DNA from: Antedon mediterranea
Taxonomy: Eukaryota > Animalia > Echinodermata
Direction: 5' to 3'
DNA length: 64,000 nt
Assembly: GCF_964355755.1 (NCBI RefSeq)
Contig: NC_092673.1
Location: forward strand, 26,781,648 to 26,845,647
The notes under the pieces are model-generated. The model saw only the letters and a list, made by a program, of their open reading frames with translations, was not told where the DNA came from and did not search any database. A program made the translations under genes and the position numbers. This document shows positions 23,511 through 38,600 of the stretch, piece by piece. Numbering within the stretch: position 1 is the stretch's first letter; each line of letters starts with the position of its first letter.

Positions 23511-26500
23511 CTGGATCCATACATTGTAGAAATCGTGCCTGACGTTGAGGAGATCATAGACTCTACTCTTAGCGCCCTCAACATTCAACCTGTTCAACAG
23601 TCATCGCAGCAGGTTAGTTATAATACATTATTTATTTATTACATGTTTCTTTTATTTCATTCTTTGTGTGTATTTTGTTTCTAGTTTTTACTTTGTTTTT
23701 TCAATTTTTATACAGGAGCCGCAATCACTAAAAACTGCACTGAACCAGAATGACTTTGAAAATCCAGAAGGGCCAAGGGGCTGCTGGGGTGTGTCATGGT
23801 CCCCTCCCCAGGCTAATTGGAACCCGTGGTCAAATTGCAACATTGATGAAGGCCCACTAGCCTATGTAAGTATTGTTCTGCAGTCACATACAGACAGTAT
23901 ATAACTTTGTATCTATATACGGTGTGTAAACTGAGATTGTTTGTCATGTATTGTGATATGAAACATCAAAGTTAATAAATTTTGAACAGTAATTGTTTTT
24001 TATGTAGATATTGTAATTTTAATTTTGAGATATTGTCTGTTAAATCATTTTTTTCTAAATATTATATTCCTTATTATATCTTATATGTATACAGTTTGAT
24101 AAGATCAACAAAGTTTTCCTAATAAAGTTGAATGAATGAATGATGTGGGAATCACATTATTGTTAATTTATTCATCCCACTCAGAGCAATTAATAAAACC
24201 ATGACATAAAAAACTACAAAAGTTCAATACAAATTTCCTTGAATGCAATCAATAATTGATATCATTGAATTCAATCATAAAATATTTTAATCATTAATAA
24301 AACATTAAGTTTGTCTTCCATTTTCTTAATTGAATTTGTATAAAAAATGCATTTATTATTACTGAAATAGAGGCCTAATCACGTTAAATAGGCTTACAAT
24401 GAAACATTATTAAATTAAATTTATAAAATTGTATTTTTTTGATAGATGTCTCTAGAGCAAGTTAGCCAGGATCTTCTAAATAATGCTAATATGACTAGTC
24501 AGAAACCAGAGTACATACGGGTAAGTTTATACTTATGTCTTGTTGGCTACCACACACAGATTACAATCTCAGTCTGGTATAGGTCTCATTTAGAATTAGT
24601 TGGTGAAGGAACTCTAACTCTAGTTACGCAAAGGAATTTTACAAAAAGCATGACGACGATCCCTTATGACCTCAGCGAGAGACAGACATCCTACATTGGT
24701 ATCAAATTTTCTCTTTTCCCAATAAAAATGAAAAAAACTAAATTTTAAATTTATCTTCCAGAGCATGGAAAGTCGTCAGGGCCTCCCAATCTTTCACGCC
24801 CAGGGAATGATTTTGGACGAGATACAGCGCAATCCAGTTGTTATAATTAGAGGTGCCACTGGGTGTGGTAAGACTACACAGGTGCCTCAGTTTATTTTGG
24901 ATGACTATATCAAATGTGGTAAAGGTGCCTTCTGCAACGTTGTGGTCACACAGGTAAGCCACATTCATGTAATGATATAATGATAAATATACCATGAATG
25001 GTCTAATGCTCTATATTCCTTGATTGTCACTCACGTGCTTAATTGTTGATCCAATTGGTTAGGATAGTTGGCCACAACATGTAAACATTTATTCGTTGGT
25101 AGTCTATTTTTTTGGCTGTATTTATGTTTATGTGTAACAGCACTTTTTTGAAAAATACGCAGTATTAAAGCATGTAATAATCCCTGTTGAGAATAATTTA
25201 AAATAGTTTTATTTTTGTTTCTAGCCCCGGCGTATCAGCGCTGTGTCAGTGGCTGAACGTGTTGCATCCGAGCGGGCTGAGGAGCTAGGCTTTAGTACTG
25301 GCTACTCCGTCAGGTTCGATTCCATCAAACCTAGGCCTATGGGATCAATTCTTTTTCTCACTGTTGGTAAGTACACTTGAGTTTTACACACAATTTTAAT
25401 AATTAATATACTTTACGTTATTTAATATACAGTATTATAATTTGGAGAGATTATTGAAACAAATACATATTTTTTTTCCCTCATTTTTAGGTACACTGCT
25501 GCGTAAGTTGGAAGCTGGACTTCGTGGTGTTTCACACGTTATTGTTGATGAAATTCATGAGCGTGATCTAAACGTAAATTTCTTTTGACTTTAACCAATA
25601 ATAATAATAGTTAAATGATTTGAACCAGTCACCTATCGTTTACAGGTGAGTGTCTTATCCCTATACCACAGAAGATAGTTTTATATAAAATAGTCTTTGT
25701 ATTGTTTGCTTTGTAGACTGACTTCTTATTGGTTGTTTTGCGAGAAATGTCACGAGCAAATCCAGACCTACGTATCATTCTTATGTCGGCCACTATTGAC
25801 ATTAGGCTTTTCAGTAACTACTTTGGAGATAGTCCGGTACTTGAGGTCAAAGGTCGAGCACATCCAGTACAAGGTAATGTCTTTAAACAACACTTTAACC
25901 ATATTTTTTACGTCATCAATTTTGCAAATTTTGCATACTAAATCAACTAAACAGAAATACAAATAATTAATATAAATTACTTAAAAATAATATAATGCTT
26001 CTTTACTTCTCTAAACAATTTACTGGTAAAAATTAATACAAGAATATTTTCATATTTGCAGAATACTTTCTGGAGGATATAGTTCAGATGTTGGGTTTTG
26101 TTCCAACACTAACTTCCAGAAAGAAGCGAAGAAATGACGACAGTGATGAGGAAGTAGAAGGAGATGTAAGTTACTATACTGAAGAATGATGGTTATGATA
26201 TAAAATATTAAAATGATTTTTAATTCGAAACCAAGCTTTTCGAAAACACTAATGAGAGTACTTGGAGAAAGAAAAGAAATATCAAGTTCTAGCAGTGATG
26301 TAGCCACAAGAAATGGTCCGGTTTTCGCAAGAAAAGGGAACAATCTGTGTTTAAGCCTCTGTGAAAAAGTGGTCAGGTTGAAACCTTACCAACCGTACTG
26401 GTTGCCTGCCTAGGCATTATGATATAAGATATGCACATTTGAAATGTCAGTGTGTGTTTATTTTCCATAACAATTGTTTTATAGGAAAATATGAATAGAG

Positions 26501-29500
26501 AAATAAAAGGAGATTACACACACAAGACAAAAGCTGCTATGAATATGATGAGTGAAAAAGAGATGAACTTTGAACTTATTGATGCGTTGCTAGGCTACAT
26601 ATGTGGACTAGGTGTAAAGGGTGCTGTCCTAGTGTTTCTGCCTGGTTGGAATTGGATATTTGCAATTATGCGACATTTACAGGAAAGCCCAAGGTTTGGT
26701 AAGGGAAAAAAAATCTGTTAATTTTTTTTTAACACCATTCATTCTCACTGATTCTAACATTTATAAAATTTGTTGTTAAAGGTGGACCAGGATTTTTAAT
26801 CCTACCGCTTCATTCCCAGATCCCACGAGAAGAGCAGCATCGTGTGTTTGAGCCGGTACCAGAGGGTGTAACCAAGGTAACATAACATTGTCTCTACATT
26901 TAAATTAAACACAAATATATTAATGTTGGTGAAGAGTGTTGAAAATACCATGAATACCCTTTTGGTATTGGTAAGGTGTTTGCGTAGAAACAGTTTTGTT
27001 TTCGGAAATACCATTGATCATCTGGGATATATAATTCTAGAATTATTATATTTATATAATTAAATTGTAATTTTCAGATTGTATTGTCAACAAATATAGC
27101 AGAGACCAGTGTTACAATTAATGATGTTGTTTATGTCATAGATATTTGCAAGTGAGTGTTTTATTTCTCAAATTATCTGGTGCAAACACCCCTCTTAGAT
27201 AAATGTAACATTCCAGCTGTAAGAAAAAAATTATAAAAACCATGTATGCTCTCCAGCTCAAACACTGCTTCAACTTTTTTTAAATATTTCTCCTTTAGAG
27301 CCAAAATGAAATTGTTTACATCTCACAATAACATGACAAACTACGCTGTTGTCTGGGCCTCAAAGACTAACTTGGAACAACGCAAAGGTCGTGCTGGACG
27401 TGTGAGGCCAGGATTTGCATTTCATTTGATTAGCAGAGCCAGATACGAGAAACTTGAAGAACACACCACACCAGAAATCTTCAGAACGCCTCTGCATGAA
27501 CTAGCATTGACCATTAAATTACTCAGATTGGGCATAATTAAGGAATTTCTTGGCAACGCTATTGAACCACCACCCCTGGATTCTGTCATGGAAGCAGTCG
27601 CTGCCCTCAAAGGTTTGTTGAGTAAAACGTTTATTCCGAATGGTATTTGGTCTACTGTAATATAGTCCACATACATAATCCTACAGTATGTCCAGATGTA
27701 AACTGTGACTAGACAGACTATGTTAATGTAGTCTTAAAAATAAACTCCTGTACAACTTGATTAAGCTGTTTTACATCAAATGTTTTTTTAATAGATATGC
27801 ATGCCCTTGATGAAGCTGAAGAGTTGACACCATTGGGACGAGTACTTGCTAAAATGCCCATTGAACCTCGCTTGGGCAAGATGATCATCATGGGTTGCAT
27901 AATGAAGTAAGGCTGATTACCATTAATAATAATTAATTATATAAACTATTAATTTTTCTATTTAATTATACATAGCCTATCATAGATCTTCTCTAAATTT
28001 CTCATTTGGAACTTTTTATCATGTGACCAGAAAGCAGCACAGGATTACAACTAGTGTGACAGTTTCTCATCATGTCGCCAGACTTTGGGGTAGTCACAGA
28101 AAAGGGAAGCTATAACAACATTATTTTTTTTAAATTTCTCTCTGAAACAGACTTGGCGATGCCATGTGTCTAATTGCAGCTGCCAGTTGCTTCACTGAAC
28201 CATTTGTGACCATCGCTGGGAGAGTGGCACCATTCCACAAACGCTACTGCGGAATGCGGCACAGTGACCATATCGCAATGCTTGCTGCCTTCCAGGAGTG
28301 GGAGAATGCCCTGTAAGTATACATTACTGTATGTTTTCTAAACTGTGCATAATAAGTAAAATCTATCAACCAATTTATGTAACTAAAATACATTTTGTAT
28401 ATTTTAGAATGCAAGGTGGTGAAAATGCAGCTATGGAATACAGTGACAGAAAGAGTCTACAGATGACCTCACTAAGAATGACTTATGAAGCCAGGGTAGG
28501 TGATGGAGTGATGATCAATGGTGCAGATCCTGTGGGGACATATCCCCTCCACCTTTTTTTGAGGGGGGATGGACTCAATTTTTGATGGAAAACCCCAGAA
28601 TTTGTTAAATTTATTAGCTGTAGTATTGATTGTGAATGAAATGGAAATAGTGAATGGGTGATTGAATTGAAAGGAAAGTGGTGGTGGTCGTGGTTTGGAT
28701 GGAAATGGTATTAAGCTATGAAATTGTTTGTGATCAAAGAGAATAGTGGTGATGATGTACAACATGTGGTGTGGATGTAAACAACATGTGGGTAGCAACA
28801 TATGCTATGCAATATTAATATTTAACAAAAGTAATTGAAAAATTATAATTATCTACCAGAAATAGAAGGACTGAATTAGAGTATTTCATTTTTTTCAGAA
28901 TCAATTAAAAGATATTCTCTTAATGGAAGGATTTCCAGAAGGTAACAACATTTTTTTTAGAATGGTTTTTAAATTCAGTCAAGCAGGCAACAATCACCAA
29001 GTAACCGGGAGAAGAATTACTTGAATCACTATCACTTTGATATCAATTTTTTGATAGATCCCATAATATTATCTTATTTCTTAATTCAATTTTCATTTAG
29101 AATGTTTGATGCCTAACCATTTTGACTACTCTGGACCAGACAACAATCTAGATGTGGTTGTATCATTGTTGGTCATGGCACTATATCCAAACGTCTGTTA
29201 CCACAAGGAAAAACGAAAGCTGTTGACAACTGAAAACAAGTCTGCCCTCATACACAAGTCGTCCGTCAACTTCAGCAAGATCGAGCAATCATTCCCGTTG
29301 CCATTTTTCATATTTGGCGAGAAAGTAATTTAAGAGAAATTTTCATAGCACAGTAACTCCCTTGCAAATTAGAATTAATTCATTCTAATACCATATTTAG
29401 GCATGCTATGCTTTGATTGGTTGAACCAATAATGAATATTCAGTATTTGTTGTTAATCTAGGCCCTAATAATAATTTGTATTACTCTATTGAATTGCATT

Positions 29501-30913
29501 GTATTCGAATTATTGGTGGATATATTGATATGGTTATGACACTTTGTGTATATATTCCTGGTGGTAAATTTGTAATGGTTAAACAAATAAAAAATGTGAT
29601 TTGTTTATAGATCAGAACAAGAGCTGTCTCAGCCAAAACAATGACAATGGTGACACCTCTGCAATTGTTGATGTTCGGTGCTCGTCAAGTGGACAGTGAT
29701 GGCAGTATAATCAAACTTGATGACTGGTATGTAAACACTACATAGAGATAAACTTGTGCTTTGTTTACTATGTTTCTGTATTTTTTAATTTAGGGTACAG
29801 CTTCAAATACCTTTGCCTGGGCTGAATTATCTTGCCTTAAGGGTTCAGCTTCAAATTCCTTTTACCTGGGCTAAATTATTATGTTTTTATTTAGGGTACA
29901 GCTTCAAAGACCTTTGCCTGGGTGAATTTTATTTCATTTATATGGCGCTTTTTACAAAATGCCTGTCAAAATAACATCAAAAATAAAAAAATGCAAGAAA
30001 CTTAGGGTACAGCTTTAAATACCTTTTGCCTGGATGAATTATGTTGTCTTAATTTAGGGTACAGCTTCAAATACCGTTTATCTGGTCTTAATTATCTTGT
30101 ATAAATGTAGGGTACAGCTTCAAATACCTAGGCTGAAATATCTTGTCTTTTAATTTAGGGTCCAGTTTTAAATAGATTTTACCTTGAATTATGTTGTCTT
30201 AATGTAGGGTACAGCGGCAAATATATTTTACCCGTTCTTATGTTATCTTTCCTTAATTTAGGGTTCAGCTTCAAATACCTTTCCATCAGGCAGCCAAGGT
30301 GGTTGCTCTGCATCCAGTAATTGAATCTCTCTTATTCCGTATATCTGGTAATCCTGAGGAGATACTAACACCAAGCCTCAAAGATGATCTACTCATAAAT
30401 GTACTGCAAGCGATGTCTGGATTTAATGCTGGCGTGTTCACAAATGGAGCAGAAAGATCAGAAAAACCGTGAGTAATATTGAAATAAATAAATATACCCA
30501 AGTTGCAATGTATAAAAATGTGTCTTTGGTGAGATTTAACGTTCTTGTATCAAAAAGCATATTTCAACAATCAATTAGTTAAATGTACCCAATTTCTTTT
30601 TGTTATTCACAGGAGGGATGACTTCAGAGGGCCCCCACAGCAAAGACCCCGTTTTTCTTCACCCCCAGGTTACGAATCGTCAAGAGGCTTTAGAGGGGGT
30701 GGATTTAGAGGAGGCTTTGGCCGAGGACGAGGTGGCGGATCCTATGGAGGTGGAAACTTCAGTAGAGATGGAGATGGATATAGAGGAAGAGGGGGTTATC
30801 GAGGGGGAGGAGGTGGTGGGGGTTTTCGTGGAGGACGAGGTGGTGGCGGTAACTTTCAAGGGTTCCCTGGTTTCCGAGGTGGCAGAAGGGGTGGTTTTAG
30901 AGGGGGTTATTAA
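23511..30913 (+). CDS. DHX9: ATP-dependent RNA helicase A (DExH-box), 5'-partial, 20 exons
   Basis: Exons 23511-23612, 23716-23865, 24446-24520, 24762-24953, 25225-25366, 25491-25573, 25717-25873, 26062-26165, 26485-26698, 26782-26876, 27078-27151, 27299-27612, 27795-27906, 28151-28312, 28408-28495, 28899-28941, 29101-29324, 29611-29726, 30262-30468, 30613-30913. Motifs [19 protein letters not shown] (MTAD), [45 protein letters not shown] and a C-terminal RGG box. Confidence 0.96.
29785..30285 (+). repeat. Nine degenerate ~45-52-bp copies of the splice-acceptor region of DHX9 exon 30262-30468
   Basis: Unit approximately TTAATTTAG|GGTACAGCTTCAAATACCTTT-GCCTGGGCTGAATTATCTTGTC. The last copy is the functional acceptor and exon start. 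Confidence 0.9.
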
Positions 30914-30999
30914 TCATCGTCACTTTGAAAACAGAGATAAGAATATTGGTGTGTCCTAATCCATCATGTTTTGTGGAAAGATCAAAGTTTTATGTACTG

Positions 31000-31136
31000 T
31001 AAAGCTATCTACATTATCAAACTTTATGTGACAACAAATATGATGTGCCCATATATGGATGATGATGTCATATCACTACCATATTTGGGCACAGTGCACT
31101 TTTTTTGTCTAATTTGATAGTGATGACAAAGCTTTA
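31000..31136. mobile_element. ~150-bp dispersed MITE family; other full or partial copies at ~41770-41825, 43455-43603, 48110-48155, 52421-52593, 54360-54458, 62230-62352
   Basis: TIR AAGCTCTGTCTACACTATCAAACT..AGTTTGATAGTGTAGACAGAGCTT; internal TGTGATGTGCCCATATATGGAC..ATATCACTACCATATTTGGGC. Confidence 0.8.
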
Positions 31137-32679
31137 GAACATACAACCTGTTACTTATCAACTATAAACATAAAACAGCTTTCATTCTTTCTTTCTTTTT
31201 TTATGATGGAATTGCTAAATCGTGATATTGAAGTTCATTTTATCTTCATTAAGTTTTATAATTGAATAAGTATTCTTTTAGAAAGAAGAAATTACAAAAT
31301 GGAAACCAGAAGAGCAAAGCTCACATGATAGGCTAACTTTGGCAAATATAAATTGAATTTAATGGATTTATTTAATGAAATCAAATTAACTGATCAATTA
31401 AACAGCTTCAATGTATTGATTAAGAAATTGTTTTAAGTTTCAAGATATAATTTATATCTGCCTCTGTGTACTTATGTGCACTCCTGTTTGAATTCTGATA
31501 TCTGTATTTCATGTCTTCAAATTTATGTTCTATAAATCAAGAGGATCATCATCTGATCCAAGTTCTATACAATCTCAACATACAGCATATACAGTATGCT
31601 ATCAGCAGTGGTGTAACAGCATGAGGGCTCACTGGCTAAACCAAGAGGTCCCTGGGCAGGGCCCAGAGAAAAAAAAAGTGCATTAAAATATGTATATAAA
31701 GGCTAAAAACGCCCTATGACTCCACTGTTAGAGGGCCAATTAAGCGTTCCTAAACCAGGGGCCTCAGGATATACCTTACTCTACTATCACGCAGCCCAAT
31801 ATGGAGTTGTAATCTTTACAAAATGTTGTATTTTAACGCTCATAATAATTTTTTAATTTAAAGTATCTGTGTAATTATTTTGAACAGGGTGATCTCACTG
31901 TCAAAAAATCGAATATGAAATAAAAAATAAATCAACAGTAATTTACTGTTTTTGATGTTGTATTGTTTTATGTTTCAAACCTCTTAGTGGCGGTAATTAT
32001 CGCTGTTGGTTTTAATTGAATAAAATAAAAAATAAAATTCAATTTTTAAAACATAATTAGTGTGTTGATGGCGTTCTTCCCAATGGTGCTCTGTACATGT
32101 GCATCTGCTCCTATGTATTTTGTTCAGTATAATTCTAATTGTTTAGAACACAGAAGTGGTGTCAACTACGCAAAACTGCTCTCAGCATGTACCTTAATTT
32201 GTGATTAATTTAAAATCATTGTCATAGTTTACTACTAAATAAAAGAAAATGGCAAAATGTTCACCCCAATGTTCACCCAAAAATGTATAAATATTAAAAG
32301 TGAGCCTAAATAGTTTTTAGACCAGTGATAATTTATTTTTTATAAATTCACTATTCTTACTGGATTCACATCTATTTTATTATTATTATTATTATTATTA
32401 ATTAATTATTATAAATTATTATTGCCACTTTCATTCACAACATTTTGTAAGTTTCGTTGTTTCATGATCATTTCGGTTTTTACGGGTGCGCCGCCTATTG
32501 TTTGGTGTTTATAATGAGAAGAAAAACGAGAGGGAGAGACTGAATTCTTCTTCTCCTTTGGCTGTCGAAGTTTTTAAAGAACGTGATTTTTGTTAGTCAT
32601 CGTTTTATGTCATCAAATTATTTCCGTTTAGACATTTAGTTTGAGAATTTCGGCACATGCACATGGTTGATAAACAATA

Positions 32680-35600
32680 ATGCGATTTTCATTGTGGATT
32701 TGTTATATTTTGGTAGCATTTATCGATGTCAAATGTCAGGACTATCAGGGTAGGTATTTTTCGACTAGCGAGGGGTAGGCCTAGGCTGCTCTTCTTCGAG
32801 GCCTTTTAACCTAGCTAGGCCTAGTGCTTTATACCTAGGCTAATAGGCCTAGTATTTGTTAGTTTATAATTGATAGGCCTAGGACCTTTATAATATGCTA
32901 ATTCTGCAGATTATCATTTCATTCATTATTTTTTAAATTTTAATAAACATTTCATAATGTCATGATTGATTGATGGTTAAATAAATGTGAGCCTAGCTAG
33001 CTAGCCTAGCTAGGGTAGGCCTACCTATAGGCCTAGGCCTATTAATAAATTATCCATATTTTAAGCTAATAATTGTATATTTTATATTAATATAGGCCTA
33101 GCCTATTAAACATTTATTGGTTTAGTTTAGTTATAATGGGAAAGTTTAGGCGAATGCCTTTTTAACCCCATATCAACTACATTGTGTCGATGCGATTCTT
33201 GAAGGTGTTAGTTGTCCCAGAATTAACAACGTCAGCTGGTAAACTGTTCCAATGGTTTATTACTCGTTGCGAGAAGGTATGTCTTCTACAGTTCAATCCT
33301 TTATGGAAAATAGGCTTAAGATGATTAAGATGATTAGTTATCAATTTTTTTTCATATTCCGTTTTGGCATCACAGATTTCCAAAATTTAAAGTCAAATTA
33401 TAATTTGGCATAGCCATCTAGGCCCTAGTATCATTCATAGGATAGCCTTTTGTGTTTTTCAGTAAAAAGCCCCTATTATCTTCATTTCCGTTCATAAGTT
33501 GGGCCGAAATTCTTAATATTTGAATATTCTGATAATTAACAAATAATTTGCATGGTCTGATGATCACACTGTAGTACTGTATTATCGTAAAGAATTACTG
33601 TACTGTACTGACCTTGGGAAAACAACAATAATATACAGTGATCTGAATATTTAGGTGATCATTTAGAATAAAATGATCACCTATTGTTATTGTATGAAAT
33701 CTTTATTCTTATTCTTATTGGTTATCCGCAACGAAGTTGCAGGATAACCTCTTGTGATTGTACGAAATCATCATCATCATCATCATCATCATCAACTTTT
33801 TATTGGTTATCCGCAACGAAGTTGCAGGATAACCTCTTGTGATTGTACGAAATCATCATCATCATCATCATCAACTTTTTATTCTTCTTCTTTCTTTCTG
33901 TATGATTTTTGTGTAACGCTTTTCTCTAAAACTCGCAAACATAACATTTTGTTAACTATGTTAACATTTTGACATTTATGTAACGTCGTCAAGCGAAGCT
34001 TTTCATGATGTTTACAATTGCGCAACGTGACGTACGCGCGATTTAACGATTTTATCGTATTTAACATATGTCGAAAACCAAATAACATTTTAAAGTGAAA
34101 CTTTGCAAAAGTTTAATTTATATCATGCGCTAAATTTCTGTTGAAAAAAAATTGCGTGTTTTACACAAAGTTACGCGCGCACGCACATTTAAAATTTCAA
34201 AATGCGCAAAATTAATTTATAATCAACTTTCTACGCGTTTCATGTCGTTTTAAGCATGTCAAAAATTCCCACGCGTGCGCACATTTCTACGTGTGCGGTG
34301 CGCACGTAGCATTAAAAACGTATTTTTTTCGCGTGATTTATGTTTTTCCAGCCTTTTCTAGTAATTTTACCAAATTTTAAACAATTTCGACTTAAAGATA
34401 CGTCATACGAGCACGTCGAATTGGACAATTTGCGCGCGTTTTTTATGAAAAGGTTAAAAAATTCGTTTAAAATATGTCTTTTTTTAAACAGTCGTAATTT
34501 CTAAACTAGACGGTCAAATTTTTGTGGATGACATATTCTGGAAGTAGATGAGTTGTAGATATCGGATCAGGTATTAATATGGCTAACCGGACATTGTGAC
34601 GTCATCGTATGGCCACGCGAATATAAAATTTAGTATTTTTGTATCTTTCGTCATAGCTCATCACATTGAATAGAGCGCATCTCCACTTATCCGTTTTCCA
34701 TTTTCACCCCGATTTTGATATTGTCTAGGTCAATCAACTATCTTTCGCATGAGTTAAAAATATTTTAATTTTTTTGACGTCATCATGCCTAAAAATTTAA
34801 ATCACGTGTGGCATCAATTTCATCTTTACAGTAAATTTTAATCTGTTATAGCTCGTAAGAATAAAATGTGATAATCACGATTAAAACTTTTTCTGGAAGC
34901 TATTGGATTGTAGATATGAAATTATGTAAAAATGTTGCCAATCGGATGTTGTGACGTCATCATATGGCCAGTTAAATAAAAAAGGTCGTATTTTCATCTT
35001 TTTCGTCATAATTCATTACATTTAAAAGAGCGCGCATCAATATTTAACGTATTCAAATTTCTTCTACACGCTAATACGTTGTTGCTGAGATAATTTGCTT
35101 TCGGAATTGCTAACTTCGCGTTTCATTTTAAAACCATCAACATGTTAAAAATTGCAATAAATAGCGGGTCCCGTAATTTCACCTATTCTACACTGTATGT
35201 GATATGGATACAGATTATACTGTGTATACTATATATGAATTTAAATAATAAAATTCAGCAATAACAACAGATCATATTCTTCAGTTCAGGTCATAATGCC
35301 AACGTGAACACTTCCTTTTGTCCTCAACCTATCCCCTTAATGTTAATGTTGCACCACTTGCGCGGCGGATAACCAAACTCGTCAAAGTGACGAGTTACAT
35401 GTCTAGTTCTTCTTCTTTCTTTCTGTATGATTTTTGTGTAACGCTTTTCTCTAAAACTCGCAAACATAACATTTTGTTAACTATGTTAACATTTTGACAT
35501 TTATGTAACGTCGTCAAGCGAAGCTTTTCATGATGTTTACAATTGCGCAACGTGACGTACGCGCGATTTAACGATTTTATCGTATTTAACATATGTCGAA

Positions 35601-38600
35601 AACCAAATAACATTTTAAAGTGAAACTTTGAAAAAGTTTAATTTATATCATGCGCTAAATTTCTGTTGAAAAAAAATTGCGTGTTTTACACAAAGTTACG
35701 CGCGCACGCACATTTAAAATTTCAAAATGCGCAAAATTTATTTATAATCAACTTTCTACGCGTTTCATGTCGTTTTAAGCATGTCAAAAATTCCCACGCG
35801 TGCGCACATTTCTACGTGTGCGGTGCGCACGTAGCATTGAAAACGTATTTTTTTCGCGTGATTTATGTTTTTCCAGCCTTTTCTAGTAATTTTACCAAAT
35901 TTTAAACAATTTCGACTTAAAGATACGTCATACGAGCACGTCGAATTGGACAATTTGCGCGCGTTTTTTATGAAAAGGTTAAAAAATTCGTTTAAAATAT
36001 GCCTTTTTTTAAACAGTCGTAATTTCTAAACTAGACGGTCAAATTTTTGTGGATGACATATTCTGGAAGTAGATGAGTTGTAGATATCGGATCAGGTATT
36101 AATATGGCTAACCGGACATTGTGACGTCATCGTATGGCCACGCGAATATAAAATTTAGTATTTTTGTATCTTTCGTCATAGCTCATCACATTGAATAGAG
36201 CGCATTTCCACTTATCCGTTTTCCATTTTCACCCCGATTTTGATATTGTCTAGGTCAATCAACTATCTTTCGCATGAGTTAAAAATATTTTAATTTTTTT
36301 GACGTCATCATGCCTAAAAATTTAAATCACGTGTGGCATCAATTTCATCTTTACAGAAAATTTTAATCTGTTATAGCTCGTAAGAATAAAATGTGATAAT
36401 CACGATTAAAACTTTTTCTGTAAGCTATTGGATTGTAGATACGAAATTATGTAAAAATGTTGCCAATCGGATGTTGTGACGTCATCATATGGCCAGTTAA
36501 ATGAAAAAGGTCGTATTTTCATCTTTTGCGTCATAATTCATTACATTTAAAAGAGCGCGCATCAATATTTCACGTATTCAAATTTCTTCTACACGCTAAT
36601 ACGTTGTTGCTGAGATAATTTCCTTTCGGAATTGCTACCTTCGCGTTTCATTTTAAAACCGTCAACATGTTAAAAATTGCAATAAATAGCGGGTCCCGTA
36701 ATTTCACCTATTCTACACTGTATGTGATATGGATACAGGTTATACTGTGTATACTATATATGAATATAAATAATAAAATTCAGCAATAACAACATATCAT
36801 ATTCTTCAGTTCAGGTCATAATGCCATAGTGAACACTTCCTTTTGTCCTCAACCTATCCCCTTAAGTTAATGTTGCACCACTTGCGCTGCGGATAACCAA
36901 ACTCGTCAAAGTGACGAGTTACATGTCTAGTTGGTTATCCGCAACGAAGTTGCAGGATAACCTCTTGTGATTGTACGAAATCATCATCATCATCATCATC
37001 AACTTTTTATTAGTTATCCGCACTATGGCGGATAACTCCTTGTAACTGTCCTGTTTCATCATCTTTTTTTTTTTCTGTATTATTCTTCTTTCTTTCTGTC
37101 ATTTTTGTGCAGAGCGTATCTCTAAAACGTGTAAAGTTAACATTTTATAACTTTGTCAAGATATGGGCAATCACGTGAAGTTGTGCTTTCCTATAATTGA
37201 ATGACGTCAGAGTTGCGCAACATGACTTACGCGCGTTTTTATGAATTTCGCGTATTTAACATAGATCGAAAACCATATAACAATTTAAATTGAAACTTAG
37301 CAAAAGTCTAATTTATATCGTGCGCTAACTTTTTGTGCACTAAAAATGGCATGTTTTACACGAAGTTACGCGCGCACGCGCGTTTAAAATTTTACAATGC
37401 GAAAAATCAATTTCTAATCAACTTTCTACGCGTTTCATGTCATTTTGAGCATGTCAAAAATTCCCACACGTGCGCAAATATTTACGCGCGTGGTGCACAC
37501 GTAGCGTTAAAAACGTCATTTTTTCGAGTGATTTATGTTTTTCCAGCCTTTTCTAGTAATTTTACCAACTTTTAAACAATTTCGACTTCAAATTACGTCA
37601 TACGAGCACGTAGAATATGATAATTTGCGCGCTTTTTTGATGAAAAACTTCAAAAATTCGTCAAAATTAAGCCTTTTTTTAAACAATCGTAGTTTCTAAA
37701 CTAAACGGTAAAATTTATTTTTATTACATATTCTGGAAGTTGATGAGTTGTAGATATCAGATCATGCATTAATATGGCTAACCGGACATTGTGACATCAT
37801 CGTATGGCCACGCGAATATGAAATTTAGGATTTTTGTATCTTTCGTCATAACTCCTCACATTTAATAGAGCGCATCTCCACTTATCCGTTTTCCATTTTC
37901 ACCCCGATTTTGATATTGTCTAGGTCAATCAACTATCTTTAGCATGAGTTAAAAATATTTTAATTTTTATGACGTCATCATGCCTAAAAATTTAAATTAC
38001 GTGTGGCATTAATTTCATCTTTACAGTAAATTTCAATCTGTTATAGCTCGTAAGAATAAAATGTGATAATCACGATTAAAACGTTTTCTTGAAGCTATTG
38101 GATTGTAGATACAAAATCATGTGAACATTTTGCCAATCGGATGTGGTGACGTCATCATATGGCCAGTTAAATAAAAAAAGTTGTATTTTCATATTTTGCG
38201 TCATAGTTCATTACATTTAAAAGAGCGCGCATTAATATTTCACCTATTTAAATTTCTTCTACACGTTAATATGTTGTTGCTGAGATAATTTCCTTCCAAA
38301 ATTGCTACCTTCGCGTTTCATTTTAAAACCATCAACATGTTAAAAATTGCAATAAATAGCGGGTCCCGTAATTTCCCCTATTCTACACTGTATGTGATAT
38401 GTATACAGATTACACTGTGTATACTATATATGAATCAAAATAATAGAATTCAGCAATAACAACATATCATAGTCTTCGGTTCAGGTCACAATGCCATAAT
38501 CTTTTTCCGTGTGCAATATTGCAACGTATGGCGTGCACGTGGCGTTTGTCGTGCGGATAACTAACTCGTCAAAGTGACGAGTTTCATGTCTAGTTCTTCT

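Noticed and set aside
29785-30285. Repeat-spacer-like pattern resembling a CRISPR array
   Set aside because: Eukaryotic intron, no cas genes, and the 'spacers' are themselves homologous to each other. It is a degenerate tandem repeat of the splice acceptor.
30600-30959. Glu/Val-rich 119-aa ORF overlapping the DHX9 last exon
   Set aside because: Shifted-frame shadow of the GGN/AGA-rich RGG-coding sequence, with no independent support.
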